A stretch of DNA of 64,000 bases from Lepidodermella squamata. Its lineage: Eukaryota > Animalia > Gastrotricha. Below, one piece after another: positions 1 through 12,948 of the stretch. Numbering within the stretch: the stretch's first letter is position 1; each line of letters begins with the position of its first letter. The DNA is taken from the NCBI GenBank assembly GCA_047495785.1, contig JBLDXI010000009.1:5270001-5334000 (forward strand). Reading direction: 5' to 3'. The position numbers and the translations under genes are program-made. The notes below the pieces were generated by a model, which saw only the letters and a program-made list of their open reading frames with translations, searched no databases and was not told the DNA's origin.

Positions 1-219
1 CCCTTGGAATTAAGGTTTTCTTGTTGATCATGAAGAAACGCATCTATCGCGAGTATCGCGCCTCCGGCAGAACCTTGTAAATAACCTGATTAACTTGTAT
101 ATTAACTTGTTCCAACAGATTTGCGGCAGCTCAAAATTAAACCAAATCTCTCCGGTCAGAGTCGTAGCAGTGGTGGCATGGAATCAAGAAACAGTTGAAA
201 CGCAAAGGAGAGCGCATTC

Positions 220-813
220 ATGATTCTGAAAAAGTCCATCTCAGACGACTTGTCCTTCATAATCGAAAATGAGCCTTCTCGAATGTGGGCGGCGAAACAG
301 CGTTATTTTCCATCCAAGAATCCTTCGGAGCAATATTTAGCCTGCCTTGGCCTGTTCAACCTGCGTACGCGGGAGAACGAGGCAGCCGAGAACTACGCAA
401 GTAGCTTCTCAACTCTCAACAGCCGTTGGCAGAGTGTCATCGTCGGGCGTACGCCTTGACAATACGCTTTTGAGCTTCGTATTTTTGAAGTCGCCAACAC
501 CCCTTTTTGATAACTTGGCCTTGCTTCCAGGACACCTTGAAACCCTTTCGTCTTGAAGTCTTGAAGTTGTCGGCTCCAGCAAGACAACAAGGACTGGCAA
601 TCAGGTGCCTTCAGCTGCTCTTGCTGTTTGCCCAGCCTGCCGCCATCAACCGCGCACCCAGCCCCGTCAACCTGGTTCTTATTTTTCCGTCCCGCGGCTG
701 GTCCTTCGTCGCCTGGCAAGCGTTCTGGTCACACCGAATGGCAGTGTTTCCAGAAGAAGAAAGCGGAATGTGGACGGTTGCCCGACTCAGTATCTACAAC
801 TGGTAACTGGTAG
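220..813 (+). mobile_element. Decayed Ty1/copia-like gag remnant (frameshifted)
   Basis: Successive frames give MWAAKQRYF..LFNLRTRENEAAENYASSFSTL, then LDNTLLSFVFLKSPTPLFDNL (copia gag UBN2-like LxSLPxxFD), then a degenerate zinc knuckle GHTEWQC. No LTR or pol seen. Confidence 0.4.
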
Positions 814-1089
814 CAAAGATCAAGACCTCTCAGCAGAGAACTCACTGGTTTAAGCCCGCTCTTAGCAATAGCTAGTCTCCATTCTCCATCTCACCATTAA
901 AATAATTCTAGAAACCAGCAGCCTCGAAGCCTCGAGTACCACAGATGACAAGGCCGTCCCAAAGCCAAAGTGAGGTAACTAACTGGCTGCTATTCTCATG
1001 TTTAGAGCGGAAGCGAATATACGCGAGGCCGAAAATAGGCTGCTGAAGGGGCGGAAGCAGATAGACACTGCTTAGAAGGACGCTGTCAG

Positions 1090-1400
1090 TCAGTCGTTGT
1101 AATTTTCAGAAGATAAAGCGCCACTCATATTCATAGACAATTTTACGGTGCAGTGATCAGTAAATTCTTCCGGAAAAGAGTTGTCGGTAACAATGTCAGC
1201 AATACACATAGGATTATTTGTGATAACAAGATCTATAATGTTATTACGATCTGGTCCGTGGCTCGAATCTAGTATTGTTGCCAAAACTTCTATTAATGGC
1301 TGGTGTGAAATTGCTATATGTGCTGTATTAATTAACAAAACAAAGCTTCGTTTAAGCTGTGTGTACAAATCCCCTGGCGCCGAAAGTACCGTAACTGTTT
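1090..1400. mobile_element. Two LINE apurinic-endonuclease fragments in opposite orientation
   Basis: Minus strand ~1090-1260: PDRNNIIDLVITNNP...FTDHCTV (PTR..LDLV..SDH motif). Plus strand ~1265-1395: WCEIAICAVLINKTKLRLSCVYKSPG (YRSP-like motif). Confidence 0.55.
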
Positions 1401-2446
1401 CACATTGACAGTACCGTAACAGAAATGTGCAAGTTCATAGAGAACTTGTACATTGGGAATGGCACGATCCTCACACGCTGCCAAACTGCCTGGCTGAGAG
1501 GCTGAGCGGCTTGAGGCTGCCGTTTTCGGAGCTGCGAGCTGCGGAGTCCAGAGTTCACCTCGAAAAGCTCCAGCACGAAAATCTCGACGTCAACACTGCG
1601 GAACTGTGCGGAAAATATATAGATGGACCAACTCGATTTAAAAACGGTTTTCCCGCGCAAAGCCTTCAACAATTTATAATATAATAATCTGCTGTTATTA
1701 TTTCAATAATTTGCATGATTTATTATTTTTTGCAAAAAGTATGCGTCCTTAGAGACGCAAATCATGTGCTAGTGCTAAGAAAGCCGATTCATCCAGAACC
1801 AAACCGTACGCTAAATGGCGATGAATTTACTCATCGATTGTCGTTCCGCCCCCCCAGTGAGCGATTTCCTGGTCGCAATGTCCGGTTTGACCAGGCCGCG
1901 CATGAGGCTGAGATAGGACGCTGCGGCTGGCAGAACAGCAGAAAGAGCGTGTTTTAAATGAGATCGGCCATAAGGCAGAAGCTATATAACTATGAATATT
2001 AGGAACTATCGTTAAATGTCAATCGAGCCTACGTACAGACGCATAAGATATTATCAAAATTATGTTAACTTAATTTTCATATTAAAAAATCATTTTCTGC
2101 GCCTCATGACACCACGTGTTGGTGATGAGCTAGAGCTTCTGATTCTCAGATCAGCCCTTATACCGGGGGTGGTGCAGGCTGCTGTACTTTGTAGGTTTGT
2201 ACTAAATTCGAAGCAGCGATTATGCAGGCAAGTTCAAGGGCATTACATCGTTGTTATTTATGTGTCACTTTCACCACGGAACTTTATCAATAAGTATCTA
2301 TATATGCCATGCTTACAAGCTAGCTTCTTCTGCGGCTGATGGAGTCAATTTAGAGTGATTTAATGAATCTCACTTAACATACTTGCAACGCCATCTTTAA
2401 AAATTGCATTTATAGATATATTTATCGGTTTTATCCGATATTAAAA

Positions 2447-3079
2447 ATGACTCTGGCTTTAACGAAGAGCATTGCGGCTAAAGTGAAGCCACGTACAGAT
2501 CGCGGTCCGGCTTACATCGTCGCTCCTGTCGATTTTTCATTCTGCGAGCTGAAATCAATAGCCGAGGCTCTGGACGAAGATCCGCGCCCTTCACCTAGAA
2601 TTTACGGTCTGAAGAGTTCCGATCGTCCGAAAGATGGTAAAAGCCCTAGCAAAGTCATAAAGTTCAACAACAACTCGCTTAAGGATTTCGCTGGTCTGAA
2701 CGCATTCGTCGAGACATTTTTAGAAAACAAAACAGCTCTAAGATGGCTGGATTTGAGTTTCAACGATATTAAAGCAATCGATCAAGAACTGTTAGGCTTC
2801 CCGAACCTCGAAATTTTATATTTACATAGTAATAAAATTGCTGATATGGCTGAAATTGAAAAGCTGCGAGGCTTGCCGCAGCTGAAAAAACTGGCGCTCT
2901 ATGGAAATCCGGTTGCAACTCGCGGCTATCGCATGGCTGTAATTGCCAAATTTCCGCAACTTACGGAGCTGGATTTCACTCCCATCGGCAAGAACGATCG
3001 TGCTACAGCGAACACGCTGAAGAGGCTCGGCGATGGCGCAGCGGCTAAGAAGAAAGTTATCGAAAAGGACGATGATTAA
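2447..3079 (+). CDS. LRRC51: Leucine-rich repeat protein 51-like, single exon, 210 aa
   Basis: PVDFSF N-terminal motif; LRRs LRWLDLSFNDI, LEILYLHSNKI, LKKLALYGNPV; LRRcap YRMAVIAKFPQLTELDF. Confidence 0.8.
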   Translation: MTLALTKSIAAKVKPRTDRGPAYIVAPVDFSFCELKSIAEALDEDPRPSPRIYGLKSSDRPKDGKSPSKVIKFNNNSLKDFAGLNAFVETFLENKTALRWLDLSFNDIKAIDQELLGFPNLEILYLHSNKIADMAEIEKLRGLPQLKKLALYGNPVATRGYRMAVIAKFPQLTELDFTPIGKNDRATANTLKRLGDGAAAKKKVIEKDDD

Positions 3080-5653
3080 TGATGATTAGCTTTATAGAAG
3101 ACATTTTCAAATTTTATCATTCTTGTGCCATTGTTGATTAAAGTTTACTGACCTGCTACTTTCTACATTAAAGTGATACAATGATTGATCTTTGTCTTTT
3201 TTTAATTTAGATGGTTTTATGCATTATTCAAGACTCATAATTTCAGCAAATTCGATGCGAAGCAACGCCGAGTTTCTGGAATTTTACCGCCCTCACATCA
3301 TTTTTGTTCGCTCGCGTTACTTTTCGTCCTGTTTTTTTTAGCTCCGATCGGGGACATGGCTGAGTCATTTTTTCCCTTATCACGCCACGTGTGACGTATA
3401 TCATCGATTTCTGCCGCACTCAATCGCTATAGATGAAAAAACTGAAATGCTGCGTGAATAAAACAAATTATCGATTTTTCCACATATTTTATGCGTAAGT
3501 ACGGCACTTATTTGCTGTCTGATACGCGCGTGTGACTAGAGCATATAGCTATGTGTCATTATGATATACACGCTGCTTATTCATCCAATACATGCGACTA
3601 ACGAGACCTTATATGAAAGTATGTATACACCTCTATAGCTACAAGCATGTATCTGTATTATAGTTATCGTGTGTGTTTTGTGTATTTTACCTTTTACGCC
3701 GCATACTTACACGCATTTTGACCAACTCTACTCAGCTTGGTAAAATGCCGCAGTGAATCACAGCAGCAGCAACCACCACACTCTCGGCTGATACACAGAG
3801 GCCGCCTTCGCCTTCCATGCCACCGCCGCTACTATTACGACTCGTCGCTCGCTCGCGTGCTTTCTTTCACGTCTAATATTTGTCATATACCTATGACGTT
3901 TAGAGATTGCGTGCCTCAGGCCTTTTCACTCTTTCCTTCTCATCGCTGGCTTCTCGGAGTTTCCCCTCTATTCAAACTTATTAGTCAATGCCAGTGCAGT
4001 TTTTTTCGTATAACATTCATCTTCGATGTCCGGGGTTTTCCTTAATTTTTTTCTAAATCAGGACAGGACCAAGTTTACATTTTGTAAATATTTCACTTGG
4101 TTTTCCCATTCTTTACTACGGGGTGAATTAATTAGCTTAACCTGTCTAGATTTTTTTACGTCGATAAGACGTCTTACCATAAGAATTGGTAATTTGCATT
4201 CTCCTTAGTTTTTATTGCACCAGCGCATGTCTTTACCTCAAGAATTTTCCTCACCTTCTTAGGGAGCTCTACTGTAACATTTTTATGAATAGTAGTGGTA
4301 AACATATTTTCGTATCACCACAGATTTCGCAATTTATCGAATGCTGGTCTATCTTGATATTGGCATTATTCAACCTTCAATTGTATTATGAGGAAATTCT
4401 TTAATGGAAAAATTCTCCTCTTCCACCCGACTTGAATCTTGGTATCATGGAAATAATTTCACAAATACAAAAACTGGAAATGCTAAATAATAATTTTCCC
4501 TGTTGTTAAATCGAACAAACAAATTTGCAGAAGAACGTCAAATTATTCCCCAGTTGTCACAACATTTGGAAAAATAGCGACATAATTTTCGAAGTAAAAA
4601 TTTAAATCCTCGCCTTATTTGAAAAAATTAGAATTAGAATTTTATGGGAAGCTGGCCGGTAAATCGTAAGTGGGAGTATTTATTGCAAGTCTAACGTAAC
4701 AGATAGTCTGATATTTGTAATATTTCCGAGGAAAGTGATTATCGGTTCAAAATATTCATATTGTTGGTTGAATAATGTCCCTAGCTGGCTTGACATTCAT
4801 ACATTTATTTGCGGCTGAATTATACTCTTTGACTACGTCCTATAAATGCCGCCTCAAAATTTTCAGTTCTGACTCGTTTCAGAAAACTTACTACGTAGCT
4901 TTTTCAAAACCAAAGTTGCCCAATGGTTTTGTTGTTGCTAATTTCTTTTTTCATCCAACAAGGAATTCGATCCTTTCAATAGCTCAGCTAATTGTCTATG
5001 CAGCTAATAATCCTAATTTTTCCTTAAAGCTGGAATTATTTCTCAAAAATATTGTCCGAATGTCCTGGGATATTCTTTTCATACAATAATTTTTGTAGGT
5101 TAAAATTGCTATGACGTGAGCGAAAAAAGGATGTTGAAATTCGGGTAAACTTGAGTCCAGTTCTACGCTTTTCAGATTTCGGGGTTCACAGTTTCGTGGG
5201 AAAATCTTACACCGGTACCAAATTTCATTTAATTCAATACTTGGCCATTTTATTCCAACAAGTTAGGGTTAGGGCTATGGTTATGGCTATGGCTATGCTT
5301 GCGTTGAAAGCTGGGTCTTAAAATTGGGGATTTGGAACTGATTGGAATAATTTGGTACGGAATTCAATGATGTTTGGTCTGAGTTTATTAATTTGGTAAC
5401 GATTTCACTATAACCCAATTTTCTTTGATTTCCAGAGAAGCATCGAAACTTTGCCGTCATCGAAAATTACGTCGTACACAGTACTTATTAGTACTCATTT
5501 AACATTTTTTCAACGAAAATATTTCCAAAATTTCGCCATTCGAAATAATTATTATCAAATTGAAAATGACTGATTTTTCAAGCGGATAACATTTTTGTGT
5601 GATTTAAAGTAATTTAGACTTTTAATTAATTAATTCGAACCGGCTTACCCCGC

Positions 5654-7318
5654 ATGGCCTCGGCTTCGGACGCGCCGCCGCCGCCGCCGGGCATTGTCTA
5701 CGCCGCCGTGGTCTACAACCGCCAGATTCTGTGCAGCTGCGCGGCCGGCGGCGGCAATGCCGTGCTCTACGAGTCCAGCCTCGAGTACATCCTGCCGCAG
5801 GTCGACCCGTCGCGCCAGGGCGATAAGGTTGTCTTCTCGACGCACGACGGCCTAACCGTGCACTTTCTGGTGGCGCCGCGCGGCGTGTTGTTCGCATGCA
5901 TGGCGCCGGCGTCGTTCAACAAACAGCGCGCCAACGCGTGTCTCGAGCAGTTGTTGCGCAACTTCGAGGCCGCCAACTTGTTCAGCCGCGTCGTTGAAGC
6001 TGGCCCTTACGGCCTCATGTCACAATTCGGACTCGCATTACAGGCAAGAAAAAACAAACACAATTTCAAAATATTAGGGCAAGATGATGTGAAAATTTTG
6101 AAATTTCAAATCTAATTTTAATTCAATATTTTAGAAAATTGGAAAATCGGAAATAATTATGAGTAAATGCGAAAATACCTATATACTTGGGTGATTATTT
6201 GAAATATTTGAAATCGAAAGTTCAATTTTAAAATTGCAAATATGAGAAATTTTCAAGTTCGAATTATTTCCAAGCACTAATCCAATCACGAAATCGAAAA
6301 AAATCACTGAATTCTCAAACCGATACTAGGAATCGATATCGGCTCTACAGGATGAAGTAAACGGACCGCTTATGGCGCGAAATACGCGTAAGATCTATTG
6401 GCTAGGGATCAGGCGGGAAAACAAAAAAAACTCGAAAAACCAAATTTTGAAAAAACCTGGTCCTGGATTCTGGGACCCTAATTTAGGTTGGGTATTTGGC
6501 ACACATTGAAAATTTGCTAATTTTACAAAAATTAAAAATTCCAAGCTCCTAATTTGAATTTAGAAATTGCATTTAGAATTAAAGATTTTCGCCGAAATAT
6601 TCAAGCTAAAAACTTGGAACTTTAAAATTTCAATATGAACTTGGAATTTTGAAGCATAATGAAGCTTGTTGCTCCAATTTATTGGGGAAAATTTATGAAT
6701 ATTATGAACATTTAACGAATTCAATGAGAATATTTAATTTTCAAAAATGAAATTTTTCAAATGAAATTTTGTCAATTTTAAATTTTTAAGGATTTAAAAT
6801 AATGTGAATTTTATGGTTAATTTTATGTCTTTTAGGTTCAAATGGAGAAATTTTCAAAGCCTGAGCCAGTTACAGGCGGCCAGGCCGTGTTGAACGACCT
6901 GCAGGCGAAAGTCGAAGAGGTCAAGGTTGTGATGACGCGGAATGTGCAGAAAATCATCGACCGCGGCGAGCGGCTCGAGGACCTGCAAGACCGCGCCGAA
7001 TCGCTCGAGATGCGCTCCGACCAATTTCGCATCACGGCGACGCACGTGCGCAAAAAGATGTGGTGGAAAAACCTGAAGATGAAACTCGCCATCGCCGGCA
7101 TTATCATCGTTGTTGTGTTTATCGTTATCATGGCGATTCTAGGATCAACAGGTGTCTTCAACTCATCCTCATCGTCGTCCCAGAAACAGCCGAGTTCCGT
7201 AACTGTCCAGCCTACTCAATCGACTGTATCGAAAATTATGACAACAATAGCTCCGACTTCAACAACTCGAGTTGTGACCGCGACGACGGCGAAACCAACC
7301 GCCGTCACGCTTGGCTGA
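5654..7318 (+). CDS. VAMP7: VAMP7-like longin R-SNARE; join(5654..6043,6836..7318)
   Basis: Exon 1 is a longin domain. Exon 2 has the R-SNARE coil (VMTRNVQKIIDRGERLEDL), KMWWKNLK, a TM helix and a Ser/Thr-rich tail. Phase-0 intron CAG|GCAAG ... TTTTAG|GTT joins the frames. Confidence 0.85.
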
Positions 7319-8937
7319 GCAACCAGTGAACGCGTTACCTGTGATTTTTTTCTATCAATAATCATCTCGTTTTTTTTCGGAAGAAAACATTCATCTATAT
7401 ATCACTTATTGGTTTCGAGGGAAATTAAATGAACAAATACGTGCTCTTATTGTGGATTTTATGAGACACCCTGTGACCTAGGAAAATTGCGATTTTTCAC
7501 GGGAAAAAAGACATTTTTTGTTGGCTGAATGATGAATAATGATTTTTTCTGTTTACAAAAATTGATATCTGCGAAATATTATAATATCTTCTGTTATTGT
7601 CATTTTTTCGTATCGGTTTGTTATAACAATGAATAATCTTCTGTAGGTTATATTGTGTTGTAATTATTTATAAAATCATTTTATGCGAAAACTATTGAAT
7701 TCCGGCTTGTCGATGATCTGCTTCGTATATAATAATGTACCATAATAATACAAAGGATCAGCGGCTTGTGTGCAACGAATTTTTAAAAAGTGACTAGCAA
7801 CTTTGAAAGGAACAAAAGATGCTTGGATTGATATAATACTGAGGAGAATAAAAGAAACGAGCCTGAAGATATTATCCTAGAAATGTGTGTTTTTGCTAAT
7901 TTTTCAGGCGGTTTATTGTCCAAATACTAAGAATCACATGTCATCAGATAGTTTTTGTAATGAGGAACATGGGATTTTTTCATATTTTCAAATCAGGGTT
8001 GTGATCGAAGAGAAAAGTGCATTTTTTTGGCTGGGCCCATGTTCTCCTTTGGTAATTCACTTCATTCGGCGCACTTTACGAACAAAAGTAGGATAGATCT
8101 CTCTGCAGCGATTCTTTGCGATTGAACGGATTAGCAATTCTTGATTGGAAGACTATAAATATCTGCATGAGTATTCCCGGCTTAGGGGGTGTCTAATTTC
8201 GGGGATTGCAAATTGCACCAGTTTTTTTATAAGTTAGCTCCCCAACTACCTAATTACCAAATTTCTAATTTTTACCGTCAATAAAGGTTTTTTCCGGTAA
8301 TACTTAATGCCTCAAAACTAAGGCTAACAAGTAATTTTGTCTGCGTCGCTTATACGAATAAGACGAATCATCCTGACATTAATAAACCAAACGATTGCCT
8401 TACCGTTAACAGCGGCTCAGTTCATGAAAAGCGCCCTTCGTGTGCTTGCTTTGGGTCAATTCATACTGAGACATGTGAAGTATCCAACTTCATGTGCGGA
8501 GTCGGATCCTTCTTTCAGGTTCTTTCAGGCATATTCTCAGATCGATGGGTCACCACTCTGGTTTTTTAGGGGATTCTCGCTGGGTTACGGTACCCGCCTC
8601 GCCCCCTGTACACTGCATTGAAATTTGAAGTAGATTAGATTCGACTACCCTTACTTCGGTAGTACTTCTGGCATCGTAGAGCTCTGCACGGACATCGCAT
8701 AACGTACAAAAACATACGGCTGACATAAAAGTAGTGAAAGGGACAGACCACATGGGAAAAACTAAAACGCTTAATAATTGAGAAGTTGATGATATAATAT
8801 ATTATGATAATGACAGCTGAAAATACTCATTTTGATCCCTGGTGGACCAGCTCAAAACGAAGGAGCGAGCTCATTCAAATCTTCATCATTTCAAATTCAC
8901 TTGTTCTTTACACATCAATTAACAACTTTTATTCGAA

Positions 8938-9301
8938 ATGGCAGCCAAGTTCGCTCTTCTCGCCCTCGTCGCTCTTTCTTGCGTCGCTTACACTGGTAAC
9001 ATGGATCATTTCGATATGATTATACTAGTCAACTGATTTCCCGTTTATACATGCAGTTTCACAGGCCAACGTCGCCGGCTGGACGAAAATGTTAGGTAAG
9101 ACCTGTCCGGACATGTATCGCACCACGTCAAGGCTCAAGTCAGTTGAACAATGTGCGCACGCGTGCAGCCTTCAGAGCAGCTGCAAATTTTTCGGCTGGG
9201 AATCATTCAGCAACAATGCATATTTCGAATGCTACCTGTTCGAAACGTGCGCAGCCAAAGCATCCAGCAAGCCGCGCTACACCTTGTACAAAAGAAACTG
9301 A
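8938..9301 (+). CDS. Small secreted PAN/apple-like Cys-rich protein, copy A; join(8938..8995,9057..9301), 100 aa
   Basis: Signal peptide MAAKFALLALVALSCVAYT; phase-1 GT-AG intron; mature domain C..SVEQCAHAC.....CKFFGW.........CYLF..C with 6 Cys. Confidence 0.8.
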
Positions 9302-9954
9302 ATGCCATGCAGCAGGCAGCGATGGCTCTTGCGGCTGTAATTCGACCATTTGATGAGAATTAGCGTTAACGCTAGGTGAAGAGAGGGTCGAGTATGACAA
9401 ATAAAAGACATAATGTGCGATGCAAAAGTGTTTTACTCAAGTTCAATCTTAAATCGAAGAAGCAATGACAAGGTTGTGATCCTGCTGTATTTCCGATGTG
9501 AGGGGCCAAAATCGCCAAATGGACCGGCGGTTTTATTAACATCGGAGAGGAACAAGGCCAAGTGAAAGTGGGCTATATGCCATGCAGCATTTTATGTTGG
9601 TTATTGTGGCCCGGTCGGGCAGCCAGTTCGGACGAGTTTGATATCAAGGATTCCCCGTGTTTCAATGTACTTTCGTCTAAATGACTGGAAACAGAGTTCA
9701 CAGTGGCATTTCACAAATTTAAAAAGTTGGCTACTATGGCTAAATTAGCCAGGGATGCCTAGACCTGCAATACTGATGCAACTCTATTCAAAGTTCTCAC
9801 GTCACAGTTAATTTTCGCATTCAGCGATTTAAGTGATTTAAGCGATTATAAATCCCGTGGAACACGGAGGTTTACAGTTCGGTATAGTGTAATCCCGCAG
9901 CGGTAGATTTTATGAGATATAAAATTATTGCAATTATTGCCTCAGTAAATCTTT

Positions 9955-10796
9955 GAGTAAAATGGCGAGCGTCGCAAAAATCTGAGTGAGCGTCGCAATT
10001 TTGAGTGACGTGCGGTGGACACGCAAAATCTGAGTGAATGTCGCGATAATCTGTGTTACGTCGCAATACTTGAGGACCGTAGCAATAAGCTGAGTGAATG
10101 TCGCAACTCAATTTGTTTATCGCTCTTTATTAACACTCCTCACTCGAGAGAATCACGTATTATCATTTTTTAGCGTTACGGACCGGCTGTTGCCGAATAG
10201 GTACTGAAATTTTGTCAGCTTTCTTAGCTTTCTCAACTTTCTTAACTTCGCCGCGCTTTTTCGGCGGCTCAGCTTCGGCCCCAGGTTCGGACAATTCAGG
10301 CGGTTGGCGAGCCAAAGCCGAGGCTGTATTTGCTGGCCGACCACGTTTTCGCTTTTTCTCTACCAGCTGTGTAAGGCGAGCTTTGTCCGGAGCTGTCTCC
10401 ACCTTGAGCCGCAGGGCCATGCCAAGTGAATGACAGCAGGTGTGTTCTTTCGCGTAGGTAGAACATGAACAGGAGAACGCATGATATTTCTTATAAGTTT
10501 CGCAATCAGCCGGGCATATGAAATCGATTTTCTTAGGGACGTGGAAAATTTTGCGGGTGAAATCGGTAAAATGATCGAAATCGATCCAATCTATTTGCTT
10601 GATTTCGCGGCGGTACACTAACCTTCGATTTTGCTACAGTCACGCCTCGTACTGCTACGATGCACGCGCTTTTGCGGCGTTACACGCGTTTACGCGACGT
10701 GTTACGTAACATTGCTACTTGACACGCGATTAAGCTACAACGCACTTGGCATTGCGACATTCGCTCACTTTTGTTGCGACGTTCACTCAGCCACCC
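9955..10796 (-). mobile_element. Non-autonomous Mutator (MULE) deletion derivative keeping the transposase C-terminus
   Basis: ORF 10163..10618 has a SWIM finger CSCSTYAKEHTCCH and KRKRGRP tail. Imperfect TIRs are built of CTGAGTGAAYGTCGC repeats. 9-bp TSD TAAATCTTT/TAAATCATT (one mismatch). Confidence 0.75.
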
Positions 10797-11350
10797 TAAA
10801 TCATTTCTGCATTTGAATTTTCATAATGTGCAAACCCAATTTCACAAGAAGATTATTCTTCCCATTTGAGCATTCATTTTTTTCGCTGACGAAATCGTAG
10901 CACGCAGGTGCGCGTGTAATGTGTCAAATTGTAGCGGGCTCATCTGGCTACTATAATATGGCTAAAAGCTGCCAGTGCTCGAATCGGATGAACCGCATTT
11001 ATTAGACTAACAGTAAGTAGAATTTTGTCCACATTTTTGCGAACTTACCCGCAGACGCAATGTACGGGCAATCTTGGGACAAGGTTGCACGGACAAGGTA
11101 TAACGTACAGCGACGGCAACGCATCAGCAAGCAAACAAACCACGGAGATATCGCGATTTCTAATACCAAGCCATAACACTAGCGCGGTCAATTACAAAAG
11201 AAATTATTCATGCACCTGGCATTTGCTGAACGACAGCTGGTATCTATTTCTGCCATCGAAGCCGATAAAAGGCGCTTGAGCTCACTTGAAAATTTATTAT
11301 TCACAATTTTCCTGTTTCTAACATACAGTTTCGTACAGTCTCGATTCGGC

Positions 11351-11744
11351 ATGGTATCCAAGGTTGCTCTCATCGCGCTTGTCGCCGCTGCTTGTTGCGT
11401 CGCTCACACAAGTTAGATAGACTATTTTTCATCTGTAATATCGTTACCAAACATGTTTTATGATTTCTTTTCAAGTCGCAGCTGATGGCGTCGCCGGCTA
11501 CCAGTTTCTACCGAACACACTTTGCCAGCGAAAGGCAAAGCAGGCCACAGAAACCTTCAGAGTGGCGTTGCTAATAGAGTGTGCTATGAAATGCACCGTC
11601 CTCAAGAGTGGTTGCAGTCATTTCACTTTTTATGTGATCAGTTCCCGTAAATCGATTAACGAATGCACAATCCTCCCGAAATGCGATATCGAGAATACTA
11701 ACCCGAATTATCAACCCCCTTCAATGGTGTACAAAAAACTCTGA
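11351..11744 (+). CDS. Small secreted PAN/apple-like protein, copy B; join(11351..11411,11476..11744)
   Basis: Signal peptide MVSKVALIALVAAACCVAHT; same phase-1 intron position as copy A; ECAMKC..CSHFTFY..ECTIL..C pattern. Confidence 0.8.
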
Positions 11745-12948
11745 AGCACATAGCTGAGGCAGAGAAATCAGCAGCGTCAAGGCGGGCCAGTTCTATTGAG
11801 AGAAGATGGCGTTTGTGAGATACATTTGAGTCGACAAAATAAAATGAGCGTTGAAGAAGAGTACGTGTTTTGCATATTTTAGGCAAGGCTGTTTCGATTG
11901 CTGTTCCAACTAGGTTGTAATAGTAAAAGGAGAATTAATGAAGGGAAAGGGGCGGACGGACTATTCGGAAGTAAGCAACTTTTCAAACCTAGCATTCAAG
12001 GCTCGAACCTGGTCGAAGATAATTGTGTTTGACCGAACCTAGTAGAATCACGTTTGGCCTGGTCGAACTTGGCCGAACTATTTCCTTATATCGGAGTCCT
12101 CAAAAATGTTCGGTCAACTTCGTCTAACGCATTTTTAGGATTTGTTTTACAACGTCGATATTTTCTAATGCTGGCCGAACTATGTCCTCGAAATTCCAAA
12201 AATCCCAATCCATTTACCTTGATTTAGGTATTCACTGATCATTTAGATCTTTTGTAACAAGTGATATCATATATCAAGTATCTATCCCATGCAAATCTAG
12301 TTTCCAAAATTATGCACAAAAAGGTAGCATAAGTGGGAGTTCGGCATTATATTTCATGAGCAGAGGTGGCGCAGTGGATAGAGACTTGGGACCAATAGTG
12401 GATGGACTCGAAGCTCACTATCTTCTCCATGCAAAATTATTTGGATAGCATAAAACTGCTTTTTGATCGCGCGATTTCGCAGTAACTGCAAAAATGGCCG
12501 ATTAACAATAATATCATATAAAAAAAGCAGCGTCTCGCCATTGCGCGTAGTAATTTCAGGCACGCTAGTACTTTGCTCCTCAGTTTCACGAAATCTATGA
12601 TGTGTTGAGAAATATTTTAAGCATATTTGGAAAGCTCGGTTAATAGCGATTAATAGTCATATAAAAATGTTGTTCAAAACTCGGCTTCTCTGTGTTTTAA
12701 ATGGCATTATGAAATATGAAATAATTCACCGGTTTATGATTCATCTGCTATGAGGCTTCGCACGCCGTCTTTATTATTAATTTCGCATTTATTTTCCCCA
12801 TGTCAATGAGATTACTCCTTGTTGAATGCGGTATTGGTTCATTTTACCAGCCATGCCTTATATTTTTATTCAGTATTACCAAATTGTTTTACTTGTTACG
12901 GTCAAATCAGTTGGAATATTTAATTATTTAAAATTTAAATTTAAAATA

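Noticed and set aside
1427-1684. GC-richer coding-looking segment
   Set aside because: No frame gave a recognisable protein or a supported exon structure.
5180-5417. Another TTAGGG-containing MITE
   Set aside because: Too decayed to define TIRs or TSD with confidence.
9960-10110. CRISPR-like spaced repeats (CTGAGTGAATGTCGC); similar arrays at 17980-18105 and 21400-21550
   Set aside because: These are MULE subterminal repeats with irregular spacing, in a eukaryotic context with no cas genes.
12358-12430. tRNA-like sequence (TGGCGCAGTGG A box)
   Set aside because: No valid cloverleaf or B box; at most a decayed SINE head.
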